The notes beneath the pieces were generated by a model, which worked only from the letters and a program-made list of their open reading frames with translations, made no database searches and was not told where the DNA came from. A DNA stretch of 64,000 bases from Thermodesulfobacteriota bacterium. Its GTDB lineage: Bacteria > Desulfobacterota > Binatia > Bin18. Shown here piece by piece: positions 1-8,886 of the stretch. The DNA lies in contig OZ219926.1 of NCBI GenBank assembly GCA_964291405.2, forward strand, positions 480,001-544,000. The letters are read 5' to 3'. The number at the start of each line of letters is the position of its first letter. Positions within the stretch are counted from its first letter, which is position 1. The position numbers and the translations under genes are program-made.

Positions 1-95
1 CCAAGCTGATCGTTTGCTCCCCATTTTCCCCAGTTGCTCAAGGTCGAGAAGAACTCCTCTACCTGGGCTTCAGTCAGATCATCGTTGACTGCCAT
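1..95 (-). CDS. Cyclase family (kynurenine formamidase-like) metal-dependent hydrolase; only the N-terminus is in the window
   Basis: Manual translation gives MAVNDDLTEAQVEEFFSTLSNWGKWGANDQLG. NWG(R/K)WG.DD.LG is the typical N-terminal motif of the family. GGAGG RBS at 101-105 on the minus strand. Not in the ORF track. Confidence 0.75.
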   Translation of the reverse strand, partial: MAVNDDLTEAQVEEFFSTLSNWGKWGANDQL

Positions 96-198
96 AACGT
101 CCTCCTTTTTTCGTTCCGTCTCGTCCCACGCTTTTAGCGCAAAAGCGCGGAAAAGAGAAAGAGGTCCAGGGACACACGAGCCAGGACTCGTTTTTACA

Positions 199-228
199 TT
201 GACAGGCCGCCCCGTTTGGTTCGATAAT
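199..228 (+). promoter_or_regulatory. Putative sigma70-type promoter
   Basis: TTGACA (199-204), 18 bp spacer, GATAAT (223-228), upstream of the AGGAGG RBS and GTG at 273. Confidence 0.5.
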
Positions 229-272
229 CGCCTCGGACTTATTTTATCCACATACCCAAAAAGGAGGCTGCT

Positions 273-1691
273 GTGTCACATGACATCGTCCTAAAGAACG
301 GGTTAGTCGTTACGCCGAACGGCGTGATCCGGGGCGGGATTGCCGTTGAAGGGGAACAGATCGTCGCGGTCGGTGCGAGCTCAAGCCTCGGTCAGGCCAA
401 ACGCGAAATCGACGTTGAGGGCAAAATCCTGTTCCCTGGGACGTTTGACCCCCACGTCCACTTCGGCATCTCGGACCGCTTTGGCGATGAGGCCATGGTC
501 GAAGATTTCTTGCGCGACACCAAGGATTGCCTGCTCGGCGGAGTCACGACAATTGCCACTACCACCCTGATCGGCAAGGATCCGATGTTGGACCTGTTTG
601 ACCAGGCTGTCGAGTGCGGCACCAATCATTCGTGGTGCGATTTCAAGGTGACCTGTGTGGTTAACACGCTCGATCAGGTCGCCCAAATCCCGGCCGTGGC
701 CGCGAAGGGCGGTGTGTCGTATAAATTCTTTACCGGCTATTCCGGCCCGCAGGCCGAAGCCTTTGGCATGAATCCGGACGGCATCACGCCTTCATTTTTT
801 CATGCGGCCTGCGAGCAATTGGCCCACTGTGGCCCCCCGACCTTTGCCAAGATTCATGCCGAAGATCCGTACGTCCGCGGTATCCTGATCGATCGCTTGC
901 GCGAAATGGGCCGAGCCGACCAGCTCACGGCCTGGGCCGAGTCCAGTCCGGAGTGGGCCGAAAGTGTCCAGGTCTATACCTATGGGATGATTGCCAACCA
1001 ACTCCGCGTCCCGATCTACCCGGTTCATATCAGCGCCGCGCATACCGTGGAAACAGTCAAGCGCCTCCACGCCGAAGGGCTGAACGTTGTTGGGGAAACG
1101 GTCGCCTGTTTTCTCAACACCACGGCTCCGGAAATGGACGCGCTGGGTATGGGCGGCAAAGCGAAAATTCAGCCGCCGATTCGTTTTGAGAAAGACAAAG
1201 AGCGGCTATGGCGAGGACTTCAGGAAGGCACCCTGTCTGTCGTCGGAACGGACAGTCTGACCTACTCTTCGTCGTTCAAGACCGATGGAGATTTCTGGGA
1301 CTGCCGTGTCGGCATTAACCTTCAGGTGGCCGATACCCTGCCCCTCCTGTTTCACGAAGGGGTGAACAAAGGTCGTATCGATCTGGGGACTCTCTCAAAA
1401 ATCCTGTCCGAAAATGCGGCCAAGCTGTACGGCCTCTACCCCAAGAAGGGGGCCCTGGCCATTGGCTCAGACGCAGACATCGTGGTTCTCGACCCGGAAA
1501 AGGACGCCGTACTGGGGGTCGACCGAATGCGGTCGCGCGCAGACTATTCCTTGTGGGAGGGCCGGCAGGTCAAGGGTATTCCGGTAAAAACCTTTCTGCG
1601 TGGCCAGTTGGTTATGGAGGACGGCGAGATTGTGGCCGAACAGCCAAGTGGCCGATTTGTTGAGCAGGTTATTCGACCGCGCGGATTATAA
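273..1691 (+). CDS. Dihydropyrimidinase/hydantoinase/allantoinase-like cyclic amidohydrolase
   Basis: DPHVH metal motif, SYKFF (carbamylated Lys position), HAED, HIS, GTD, C-terminal KKG.LAIGSDADIVV; RBS AGGAGG. Confidence 0.85.
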   Translation: MSHDIVLKNGLVVTPNGVIRGGIAVEGEQIVAVGASSSLGQAKREIDVEGKILFPGTFDPHVHFGISDRFGDEAMVEDFLRDTKDCLLGGVTTIATTTLIGKDPMLDLFDQAVECGTNHSWCDFKVTCVVNTLDQVAQIPAVAAKGGVSYKFFTGYSGPQAEAFGMNPDGITPSFFHAACEQLAHCGPPTFAKIHAEDPYVRGILIDRLREMGRADQLTAWAESSPEWAESVQVYTYGMIANQLRVPIYPVHISAAHTVETVKRLHAEGLNVVGETVACFLNTTAPEMDALGMGGKAKIQPPIRFEKDKERLWRGLQEGTLSVVGTDSLTYSSSFKTDGDFWDCRVGINLQVADTLPLLFHEGVNKGRIDLGTLSKILSENAAKLYGLYPKKGALAIGSDADIVVLDPEKDAVLGVDRMRSRADYSLWEGRQVKGIPVKTFLRGQLVMEDGEIVAEQPSGRFVEQVIRPRGL

Positions 1692-1706
1692 ACGAAGGAG
1701 GCGGCT

Positions 1707-2345
1707 ATGGCTCAGACTGAAGATAAAAATGCGATTTATGAACATGCCCAACTCGGCCATAAACTCGGCTTCGGAAAAAAGCCCGCGCTGATTGTGGTGG
1801 ACTTTCAGTTGGGCTTTACCGTTCCGGAACAGTCCCCGCTTGCCGGCGATCTCGGCGCCGAAGTCGCGGCGACAAACGAGCTCATCGCCGCGGCTCGCAA
1901 GAAAGACATTCCGGTTATTTTTACGGTTGTGGGCTATGATCCCCACCGGCAGGACGATGCCGGCCTGTGGCCCGAAAAGGCACCCTCTCTGCGTATGCTT
2001 ACTATCGGAAGCGATTTGGTCAAGCTCGACCCGCGCCTCAATCAGGAGCCCGGCGACCTGGTGATCACCAAAAAATACGCCTCCGGTTTCTTCGGCACCT
2101 ATCTGGCCTCGACCTTAACCATGCAGTCGGTTGATACCGCTATCGTTACCGGCTGCACTACCAGCGGCTGCGTCCGCGCAACGGTGATGGATGCCCTGGC
2201 GAACGGCTTTCGGCCCATTGTGCCGATTGAGTGTGTCGGCGACCGGGCCCAAGAGCCACATCAGGCCAATCTGTTCGATATCGGTGCAAAGTACGGGGAT
2301 GTCATGCCGCTTCAGGAGGTGTTGGAGTATCTGGAACAGTTGTAA
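1707..2345 (+). CDS. Isochorismatase-family cysteine hydrolase (N-carbamoylsarcosine amidase/maleamate amidohydrolase-like)
   Basis: ALIVVDFQ, KKYASGFFGT and GCTTSGCVRAT carry the catalytic D/K/C triad. Confidence 0.85.
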   Translation: MAQTEDKNAIYEHAQLGHKLGFGKKPALIVVDFQLGFTVPEQSPLAGDLGAEVAATNELIAAARKKDIPVIFTVVGYDPHRQDDAGLWPEKAPSLRMLTIGSDLVKLDPRLNQEPGDLVITKKYASGFFGTYLASTLTMQSVDTAIVTGCTTSGCVRATVMDALANGFRPIVPIECVGDRAQEPHQANLFDIGAKYGDVMPLQEVLEYLEQL

Positions 2346-2444
2346 ATCCGCAGCGTGTTGAGCACCCTGCGCAGGCACTTCCCTTCGTCCCCAGGCTGGG
2401 TTAGGTTGTCGGGCGGTTGCAGTTGAGTATTTGGAGGAAAACCG

Positions 2445-3065
2445 ATGTGGGGAGTGAAGCAGTTCGTTATTTTTTCAGTCGTCTTACTGGTCAATCTGCC
2501 TGGGTGTTCGGAGGCGGGTGGCGGAGCAGCCGGAGGGCCGGTTGTCCTCATGTCAACGTCCAAGGGAGAGGTGAAAATCGAGCTGTTTCAGAAAGAGGCG
2601 CCGGAAACGGTCACAAACTTCCTTGCCTATGTCAACGATGGATTTTATGACGGGACGATTTTCCATCGGGTGATTCCCGGCTTCATGATCCAAGGGGGCG
2701 GCTTTACCGAAGCCATGCAGCAGAAGCCGACCAAGCCTGCCATCAAGAATGAGGCCGCCAACGGCCTGACCAACGATACCGGAACGCTGGCCATGGCCCG
2801 CACAAACGTGGTTGATTCCGCCACCTCTCAGTTCTTCATCAACGTCAATGATAATGACTTTCTGAACCATAAGGATACCTCGATGCAGGGCTTCGGGTAT
2901 TGCGTGTTTGGCAGAGTCATAGAGGGCATGGACGTCGTGAGTACCATCGAACAGGTGCAGACCGGGCGGAAGGGCATGCACGCCGACGTGCCGCAGGAGC
3001 CCATCATTATTCAGTCCATGAAAGTCGTCTCCGAGGCGCAGTATGACGCCACAAGTGAGTCGTAA
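2445..3065 (+). CDS. ppiA: Cyclophilin-type peptidyl-prolyl cis-trans isomerase, exported/lipoprotein
   Basis: [36 protein letters not shown]; N-terminal signal with LPGC lipobox. Confidence 0.9.
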   Translation: MWGVKQFVIFSVVLLVNLPGCSEAGGGAAGGPVVLMSTSKGEVKIELFQKEAPETVTNFLAYVNDGFYDGTIFHRVIPGFMIQGGGFTEAMQQKPTKPAIKNEAANGLTNDTGTLAMARTNVVDSATSQFFINVNDNDFLNHKDTSMQGFGYCVFGRVIEGMDVVSTIEQVQTGRKGMHADVPQEPIIIQSMKVVSEAQYDATSES

Positions 3066-3088
3066 ATCCAATATGTAGCGGAGGTAGT

Positions 3089-3577
3089 ATGCGTTTACAC
3101 ACACGTTTCCATTGGTCTTCCTGGGTTCTCCTGGCCGTGCTGAGTGGCACGTTCGTTTTCCTTGCGACGCCACAGCAGTCCGCAGCCGAGCTCTCCTCGG
3201 AGCTAAAACAGGCACTGGACTCCAGCAAATATGTCTATATCCAGTCCGAGCGGAAGAGCGGCGAGTTGGGCTCAAAGGCTGAGATCTGGTTTTTTGAGCA
3301 TGATGGGGCCGTCTGGGTGGGGACGCCAGTAACGACGTATCGCGTCAGGCGCATCCAGGCTGGACGCACAAAAGCCAAAGTCTGGATCGGCTCGCGCGAT
3401 GGACAGTCGTTTGATGCCACCGGGTCGCTGGTGAAAGACGATGCCGTCACCGAAATCATGTTCAAGACCTTTGCCGAAAAGTACTCGGACGGCTGGCCGC
3501 AATATGAAGAAGGCTTTCGGAGCGGTTTTGCCGACGGCTCACGCACCCTGGTGCGCTATGACCCAGCGGGCATGTAG
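3089..3577 (+). CDS. Secreted split-barrel (PNPOx/DUF2255-like) protein
   Basis: Signal peptide ending SAA; EIWFFEHDGAVWV...FAEKY resembles split-barrel flavin/deazaflavin-binding proteins; RBS GGAGG. Confidence 0.5.
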   Translation: MRLHTRFHWSSWVLLAVLSGTFVFLATPQQSAAELSSELKQALDSSKYVYIQSERKSGELGSKAEIWFFEHDGAVWVGTPVTTYRVRRIQAGRTKAKVWIGSRDGQSFDATGSLVKDDAVTEIMFKTFAEKYSDGWPQYEEGFRSGFADGSRTLVRYDPAGM

Positions 3578-3616
3578 GCAGCGGGCTGATACGGGCGGAG
3601 ACTTCTCTGCCCTCAC

Positions 3617-3728
3617 CTAGAACGTTTCACGATAAATTGTAACCACGCTCGTACACGCTCGTCATGCCGGACTTGATCCGGCATCCAGAGGTCGGAGAGC
3701 GGCCTCACAGCAGCGTGATTTGCTCTAG
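3617..3728. mobile_element. Composite MITE/REP-like element, copy A
   Basis: Ends CTAGAACGTTTCACGATAAATTGTA and GCGTGATTTGCTCTAG; internal palindrome GTCATGCCGGACTTGATCCGGCATCCAG; similar copies at 6163, 57363 and 59893. Confidence 0.7.
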
Positions 3729-6058
3729 TGGCCACTATTGAAGACAAAACGGCGTGGGAGATTCACACGCGCGAGACGAGGCGCGTGCGGTTGCGGAGCC
3801 TCGCCGATTCCATCAACGATACGGCGCGCACGGCGCGAACTTCTCTGTCGCTATTCTTGATAGTGGCGCTCTATCTGTTCCTGACCTTGCTGTCCTCCAC
3901 TGACGAAAACCTGCTTCGCAATAGTCTGGTCGAACTGCCACAGGTAGGTGCCGGCATCTCGCTTAAAAACAGTTATATCTTTGCACCGCTGATCTTCCTC
4001 TACCTGCACGCTCAGTTGTTGTTCCAACTGACTGTGTTGGCAGGGAAAGTGCAGACGTTCGAGGTTGCGCTGAAGGAAGAGTTTCCTGACACAGTAGCCC
4101 CGAACATGCAAGAGAAAGTTGAGGCGAAAAGGAAGGAATGTTGGAATTGGCTCTCCGCGTTCACCCTTGTTCAGCGATTACGGCTGCCCCCCGGCAAACT
4201 GTCCAAGGTGTTCGTATGGCTCGGCGTTGAGGCGATCCCGGTGGTATTGCTGTTCGTTCTTGACCTCTCATTCGTCCGCTATCAATCCGGTTGGATTACG
4301 TGGGAACACCATATCATCTTCCTCCTCGATTTGGTGCTCCTTGCATGGTTCAACTGTCGGGTATTTGATGGATGGTTTCGGGTATTTTGGAAGAAGCTCA
4401 TCAGTTGCTTCCAAACATTGTATGCGTGGATAGCGAAAGGAGAAGGGCAGCGAAGGACATCGGGCCCTGGACGTCCCACGCCCGCGGAAAGACGACTCTG
4501 GGAGATATTAGCGAAAGGACCGGAGCAGCCAGGGACACGTGCAGAAAGACGACTCTGGGAGATATTGAAGTCCGTTTGGGGAGTGGCGGTTTTCTGTATG
4601 GTGCTCTTGTTGAAGCTCACTTGGGGAACAGCGGTGTTCTGTATGGCGCTCCTGTTGCTCCGTGCCGCCTATCCACCGGAATTTGATCCTAAAACTGAGG
4701 AAGAGGACCGACTGGGTATCTGGAGATCGGCAGTAGTAGAAGAAGACCGGCGATCGGAGATGGCAGAAAAAGTCCGGCGACCGGCGGTGGCAGAAAAAGC
4801 CCAAAAGTCTACTTGTCAAATGATCGAAGAGTTCTGGCAGGCGGTGTGGGAGAATGGAGAAAACATAATCGACGCTGGTCCTTGCGAGTGGTGGGGCTTA
4901 GCCTGCCGCTATCTTGATGTCAGCCATAAGCGGCTAGTCAAGACTCAGGCTCATGAGATATCTGATCAACCCAGTGACGAAAGCTTTGCAACCATCGATT
5001 TATTTGGGCGGAATTTGCTCTTCGCATATTTTCGAAAAACACAATTGCAGGGTGCGAACCTTGTTAGGGCGCGCTTACAAGGCGCGGACCTCGTTAGAGC
5101 ACAGTTGCAAGGTGCAGGCATTTCGGAGGCACAATTGCAGGGTGCGAACCTTGTTAGGGCGCGCTTACAAGGCGCGGACTTCGTTAGAGCGCAGCTACAA
5201 GGCGTGGACCTTGGGAGCGCACGCTTGCAAGGCGCGGACTTCGCTAGCGCACAGTTGCAGGGCGTGGACCTTGGGAGCGCACGCTTGCAAGGCGCAAGCC
5301 TCAAGAATGCATGCTTGCAGGGTGCGAGCCTCAAGAATGCATGCTTGCAGGGTGCGTACCTCCAGGGCACACAGTTGCAAGGCGCAGACCTTGGGAGCGC
5401 GCAGTTGCAGGGCAGTTTTGGTCAGCCAGGCCGACAGTATTTGGCACAGGCGCCCAGCGTTTCGTGCGACTTTCCTACTGACAAATCATCCTATCTGAAT
5501 TTGGTATGGACGCCCGGCGTTTCGTACGACTTTCCTACTGACAAATCATCCTATCTGAAAAAGCTAGTCCCCAACGAGAAGATAGCGACTGTCAAGCTTC
5601 TGTGGGGGAAATTGTCGTCCCTGAAGGAACACTTGCAGGAGCGCATGGAGGCAAACCAGAGTTCTATAGACCCCCTTCCAGACAGCTCCCGCCGACCTAA
5701 TTGGGAAACCTGGGCCAAATGGACAGCCGAATTTGCCTGCAAGGACGTATACACTGCTCGCAGTAGCCTGAAACGCTGGACGTCAGAAGAACCTCTGTCC
5801 GGTTTAGTTAGAGATTTTGATGCGTATCAACTTGAACTCCTCAAAGATTACGCGGCCGCACGAGAGCAAGAGACAGGGGAAGCATGCCTCGGTCCTCGTT
5901 TGTCCGATTTATCCAGTTTAAAATATAGAGATTTTGATGAAGCTCAAAAACTTGTCCGCGAAGCTTTAGTAGCCGCACGAGAGACAGGGGAGGAATGCCC
6001 TGGTCTCCATTCCATCCCGGACGACGAGTGGAAGAAAATTACTGGTAGTTGGCCTTGA
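3728..6058 (+). CDS. Membrane-anchored pentapeptide-repeat protein
   Basis: Several N-terminal hydrophobic helices, then a long run of A(Q/R)LQG-A(D/N)L pentapeptide units; the GTG start is uncertain. Confidence 0.8.
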   Translation: MATIEDKTAWEIHTRETRRVRLRSLADSINDTARTARTSLSLFLIVALYLFLTLLSSTDENLLRNSLVELPQVGAGISLKNSYIFAPLIFLYLHAQLLFQLTVLAGKVQTFEVALKEEFPDTVAPNMQEKVEAKRKECWNWLSAFTLVQRLRLPPGKLSKVFVWLGVEAIPVVLLFVLDLSFVRYQSGWITWEHHIIFLLDLVLLAWFNCRVFDGWFRVFWKKLISCFQTLYAWIAKGEGQRRTSGPGRPTPAERRLWEILAKGPEQPGTRAERRLWEILKSVWGVAVFCMVLLLKLTWGTAVFCMALLLLRAAYPPEFDPKTEEEDRLGIWRSAVVEEDRRSEMAEKVRRPAVAEKAQKSTCQMIEEFWQAVWENGENIIDAGPCEWWGLACRYLDVSHKRLVKTQAHEISDQPSDESFATIDLFGRNLLFAYFRKTQLQGANLVRARLQGADLVRAQLQGAGISEAQLQGANLVRARLQGADFVRAQLQGVDLGSARLQGADFASAQLQGVDLGSARLQGASLKNACLQGASLKNACLQGAYLQGTQLQGADLGSAQLQGSFGQPGRQYLAQAPSVSCDFPTDKSSYLNLVWTPGVSYDFPTDKSSYLKKLVPNEKIATVKLLWGKLSSLKEHLQERMEANQSSIDPLPDSSRRPNWETWAKWTAEFACKDVYTARSSLKRWTSEEPLSGLVRDFDAYQLELLKDYAAAREQETGEACLGPRLSDLSSLKYRDFDEAQKLVREALVAARETGEECPGLHSIPDDEWKKITGSWP
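5041..5412 (+). repeat. Coding tandem repeat with 30-bp (10-aa) period
   Basis: Recurring gcacagttgcagggcgcggacc-type units with exact sub-duplications, e.g. gcaagcctcaagaatgcatgcttgcagggtgc followed by a near-copy. Confidence 0.85.
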
Positions 6059-6162
6059 CCGTAGAGGCAGGTGAAAGCTTACTCCCCATCCCCAGCCAGG
6101 ATACGACCCTGAAAGCGGCGGATGAGGTCGCGGGCGATTTGGCCAGAGTGACGCATAGCCGA

Positions 6163-6315
6163 TAGAGCGTTTCACAATAAGTTGTATTGTAGCTGGGCCG
6201 CTACCCTCTCGTCATGCCGGACATGATCCGGCATCCAGAGGCTGGGGGCTGGGGGCCTGGATTCCTGCTTTCGCAGGAAGGACGGGTGGCTACACATCAT
6301 CGTTATTTGCTCTAG
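6163..6315. mobile_element. Composite MITE/REP-like element, copy B (most complete)
   Basis: Left end TAGAGCGTTTCACAATAAGTTGTA, right end GGCTACACATCATCGTTATTTGCTCTAG (imperfect terminal inverted repeats). Internal inverted pair GTCATGCCGGACATGATCCGGCATCCAG and CTGGATTCCTGCTTTCGCAGGAAGGAC. Confidence 0.75.
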
Positions 6316-6389
6316 CGTCGGAGGAACGACTTCCTGCCCTTGGCTGTCCGTTGCTTGACTTTCTTACCGGCGTTGCGTTGTATGCCCCT

Positions 6390-7532
6390 ATGAGCAAGTC
6401 CTTGATTACGTGGACCATCGGACTCCTTCTCCTCGTGCTGGCCGGTCCAGCCATCGGGCAGACCGATGAGGAGATAGAAGAGTTGTTCTGGAAAAGTGTG
6501 GAATGTCAGAGTAAGCGGCAGGTGCAGGCGTATCTGGAGGTGTATCCGGCAGGGGCGTATGTAGCGGAGGCCCACGCCTGTCTGGAAGGGCAACTTGGGT
6601 TGGACCGGGCTGCGCGACGGTTGGTACAGCACGGGTTGACAGCACTCGACTACTCGGTCGGGGCAGCGGATGGGCTATTTGGACCGGCGACACGGAAAGC
6701 AATGCGAGAATGGCAAGCTGGGAAGGGGTTTACGGGGACGGGGTATTTGACGCGAGAGCAGGCCGATGCCCTGATAACGCAGGGGAGCGATGCCGTGGCC
6801 GAGCAGCGGCAGCGAGAAGAGACCCAGCGAGAGGCGGAGGAAGCAGAGCGCCGACAGGCCGCCGAGGCAGAGCGGCAGGCGCGGGAGGCGGCAGCACGGG
6901 CGGAAGCAAAACGGCAACGACAGGCGCAGGAAGCCGCAGCTCAAGCAGAAGCCGAACGGCAACGGCAAACGTGTACAGGTCGGTCGGAAGGCGCCGAGTG
7001 TTTTATAGAACTGGCTGGCCGGCCTGGATGCTACGTCTTTACTTTCAACTTTTTGCCGGGCGGAAGCATGACCTGGGCCGGTGAGTGTACCGACGGTCTG
7101 GCCCACGGAATGGGGACGCTGACATTTACAAGAAATAGCTCCAAGACCGAATACTCTGGACTTATCCAGGACGGTAAGCGGCAGGGCCACTTTGTCCGAC
7201 GTAGGGGGAATGGGGATGTAGGAGAAGGGCCATTTGTCGATGGCAAGCCACACGGCCACTGGGTCATACGCCAGGCAGACGGAGATGTCTGGGAAGGACC
7301 GCGTGTAAGCGGCAAGCGCCAGGGTCGTTGGGTCATACGCTATGCAGACGGAGATGTCTGGGAAGGGTCCTATGTGGACGACAAGCTGCACGGTCATTGG
7401 GTCAATCGCCAAGTGGATGGAGATATATACGAAGGACCCTATGTAGACGACAAACAGCACGGCCGTTGGATCTTGCGCAAGGCAAACGGGAGTGTCAGGG
7501 AATTCACGTATGTGAACGGTGAGCGCCAATAG
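6390..7532 (+). CDS. Secreted protein with peptidoglycan-binding domain, coiled-coil linker and MORN-like repeats
   Basis: Signal peptide from ATG 6390; ADGLFGPATRKAMREWQ...TGYL (PG_binding_1-like); EAERQ-rich linker; 23-aa repeats of type GDVWEGPYVDGKxHGxWVxRxAD. Confidence 0.75.
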   Translation: MSKSLITWTIGLLLLVLAGPAIGQTDEEIEELFWKSVECQSKRQVQAYLEVYPAGAYVAEAHACLEGQLGLDRAARRLVQHGLTALDYSVGAADGLFGPATRKAMREWQAGKGFTGTGYLTREQADALITQGSDAVAEQRQREETQREAEEAERRQAAEAERQAREAAARAEAKRQRQAQEAAAQAEAERQRQTCTGRSEGAECFIELAGRPGCYVFTFNFLPGGSMTWAGECTDGLAHGMGTLTFTRNSSKTEYSGLIQDGKRQGHFVRRRGNGDVGEGPFVDGKPHGHWVIRQADGDVWEGPRVSGKRQGRWVIRYADGDVWEGSYVDDKLHGHWVNRQVDGDIYEGPYVDDKQHGRWILRKANGSVREFTYVNGERQ

Positions 7533-7580
7533 TGGCTTGACCTGAATCTGGGACCACCGAGGATACGGAGCAGAGGGGCG

Positions 7581-8885
7581 ATGGCGCAAAGCAGGGACAA
7601 CTGGTCGGGAACGCTGGGGTTCGTACTCGCCGCTATGGGGTCGGCGGTCGGCCTGGGCAATATCTGGCGCTTTCCGTCGGTCACCGGAGAATACGGTGGC
7701 GGCGCATTTATCCTGGTCTATCTGGGTTGTGTCATGGCAGTCGGCATCCCGATTATGACTGCCGAACTCCTCATCGGACGGGGCACGCAACGGAGTGCCG
7801 TTGGCGCATTTTCTACGCTGCGGCCAGGCTCGCCGTGGCCCATCACGGGCTGGCTCGCCGTGACGACCAGTTTTGTTTTGCTGTCCTACTATTCGGTCGT
7901 CGGCGGCTGGGTTCTGCATTACATTTTCTTATCTCTTGCCGATAGTTTTACCAGTCGATCAACGACAGAGATCGGACAACTCTTTGACTCGCTTTCAGTC
8001 GCTCCAGCCCTCCAAACGTTTTGGCATGCCGTTTTTATGGTCCTCACCATAGGGTTTGTCTCGCGCGGCGTCTCGCGTGGCATTGAGTGGGGCAATAAAA
8101 TCATGATGCCGGCCCTTTTCCTGATGCTCTGTTTCCTGCTGATCTATGCCCTCACGACCGATGGTGCCTCGGAAGGCATTGCTTTTTTATTGACGCCGGA
8201 TTGGGACAAGATTGGTCCCGAGGCGGTGCTTGCGGCCTTGGGACAAGCCTTTTTCTCACTGAGCATCGGCCTGGGGATGCTCATCACCTATGGGAGCTAT
8301 CTGCAACGCGACAGCAAGCTGCCCCGCTCCACTCTCTTCGTGGCGGCCAGTGACACCGGGATTGCACTCCTGGCCGGGTTTGTCATCTTTCCCCTGGTGT
8401 TTACCTTTCAACTGGAACCAAGTGATGGTCCGGCGCTTATTTTCAAGACACTCCCTACCGTATTCAGTCAGCTCCCATTCGGACAATTCCTCTCCGTCCT
8501 GTTCTTTTTGCTCCTCACCTTTGCGGCCTTAAGTTCTGCTATGGCCGGCCTGGAAGTTGTCGTCGCCTATTTTGTTGATGAGCGAGGCTGGGCTCGCGTG
8601 CCGGCCAGTTGGGGGCTGGGGGGCGTGATAGGGGCTCTGGGCATTTTCTCGGCCGTGAAAGGTGTCGGTCTGGCCGACACCATAGTCACGAGCTATTTGC
8701 TGCCCGTTAGTGGGCTACTGGTTGCCTTGTTTGCCGGCTGGTGGCTGACGCATCAGGAGCGGCAAGCGGAAGTCCCAGCCAGCGATCTGAGACCGGTCCT
8801 CTATCTGGGATGGGTCTTTCTGCTGCGCTTTGTGGCGCCTATTGCCGTGACGATTATTTTGTTGCAATCGATCGGATTGTTCTAG
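7581..8885 (+). CDS. Sodium-dependent transporter, NSS/SNF (LeuT-like) family
   Basis: GSAVGLGNIWRFP, GGGAF, ALGQAFFSLS signatures; many transmembrane helices. Confidence 0.92.
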   Translation: MAQSRDNWSGTLGFVLAAMGSAVGLGNIWRFPSVTGEYGGGAFILVYLGCVMAVGIPIMTAELLIGRGTQRSAVGAFSTLRPGSPWPITGWLAVTTSFVLLSYYSVVGGWVLHYIFLSLADSFTSRSTTEIGQLFDSLSVAPALQTFWHAVFMVLTIGFVSRGVSRGIEWGNKIMMPALFLMLCFLLIYALTTDGASEGIAFLLTPDWDKIGPEAVLAALGQAFFSLSIGLGMLITYGSYLQRDSKLPRSTLFVAASDTGIALLAGFVIFPLVFTFQLEPSDGPALIFKTLPTVFSQLPFGQFLSVLFFLLLTFAALSSAMAGLEVVVAYFVDERGWARVPASWGLGGVIGALGIFSAVKGVGLADTIVTSYLLPVSGLLVALFAGWWLTHQERQAEVPASDLRPVLYLGWVFLLRFVAPIAVTIILLQSIGLF

Positions 8886-8886
8886 C

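Noticed and set aside
5041-5412. Regular 30-bp repeats, and the 33-bp repeats at 57000, as a possible CRISPR array
   Set aside because: They are in-frame coding repeats without unique spacers, and no cas genes are present
6675-7919. 414-aa minus-strand ORF
   Set aside because: Antisense shadow of two well-supported plus-strand genes; no recognisable motifs
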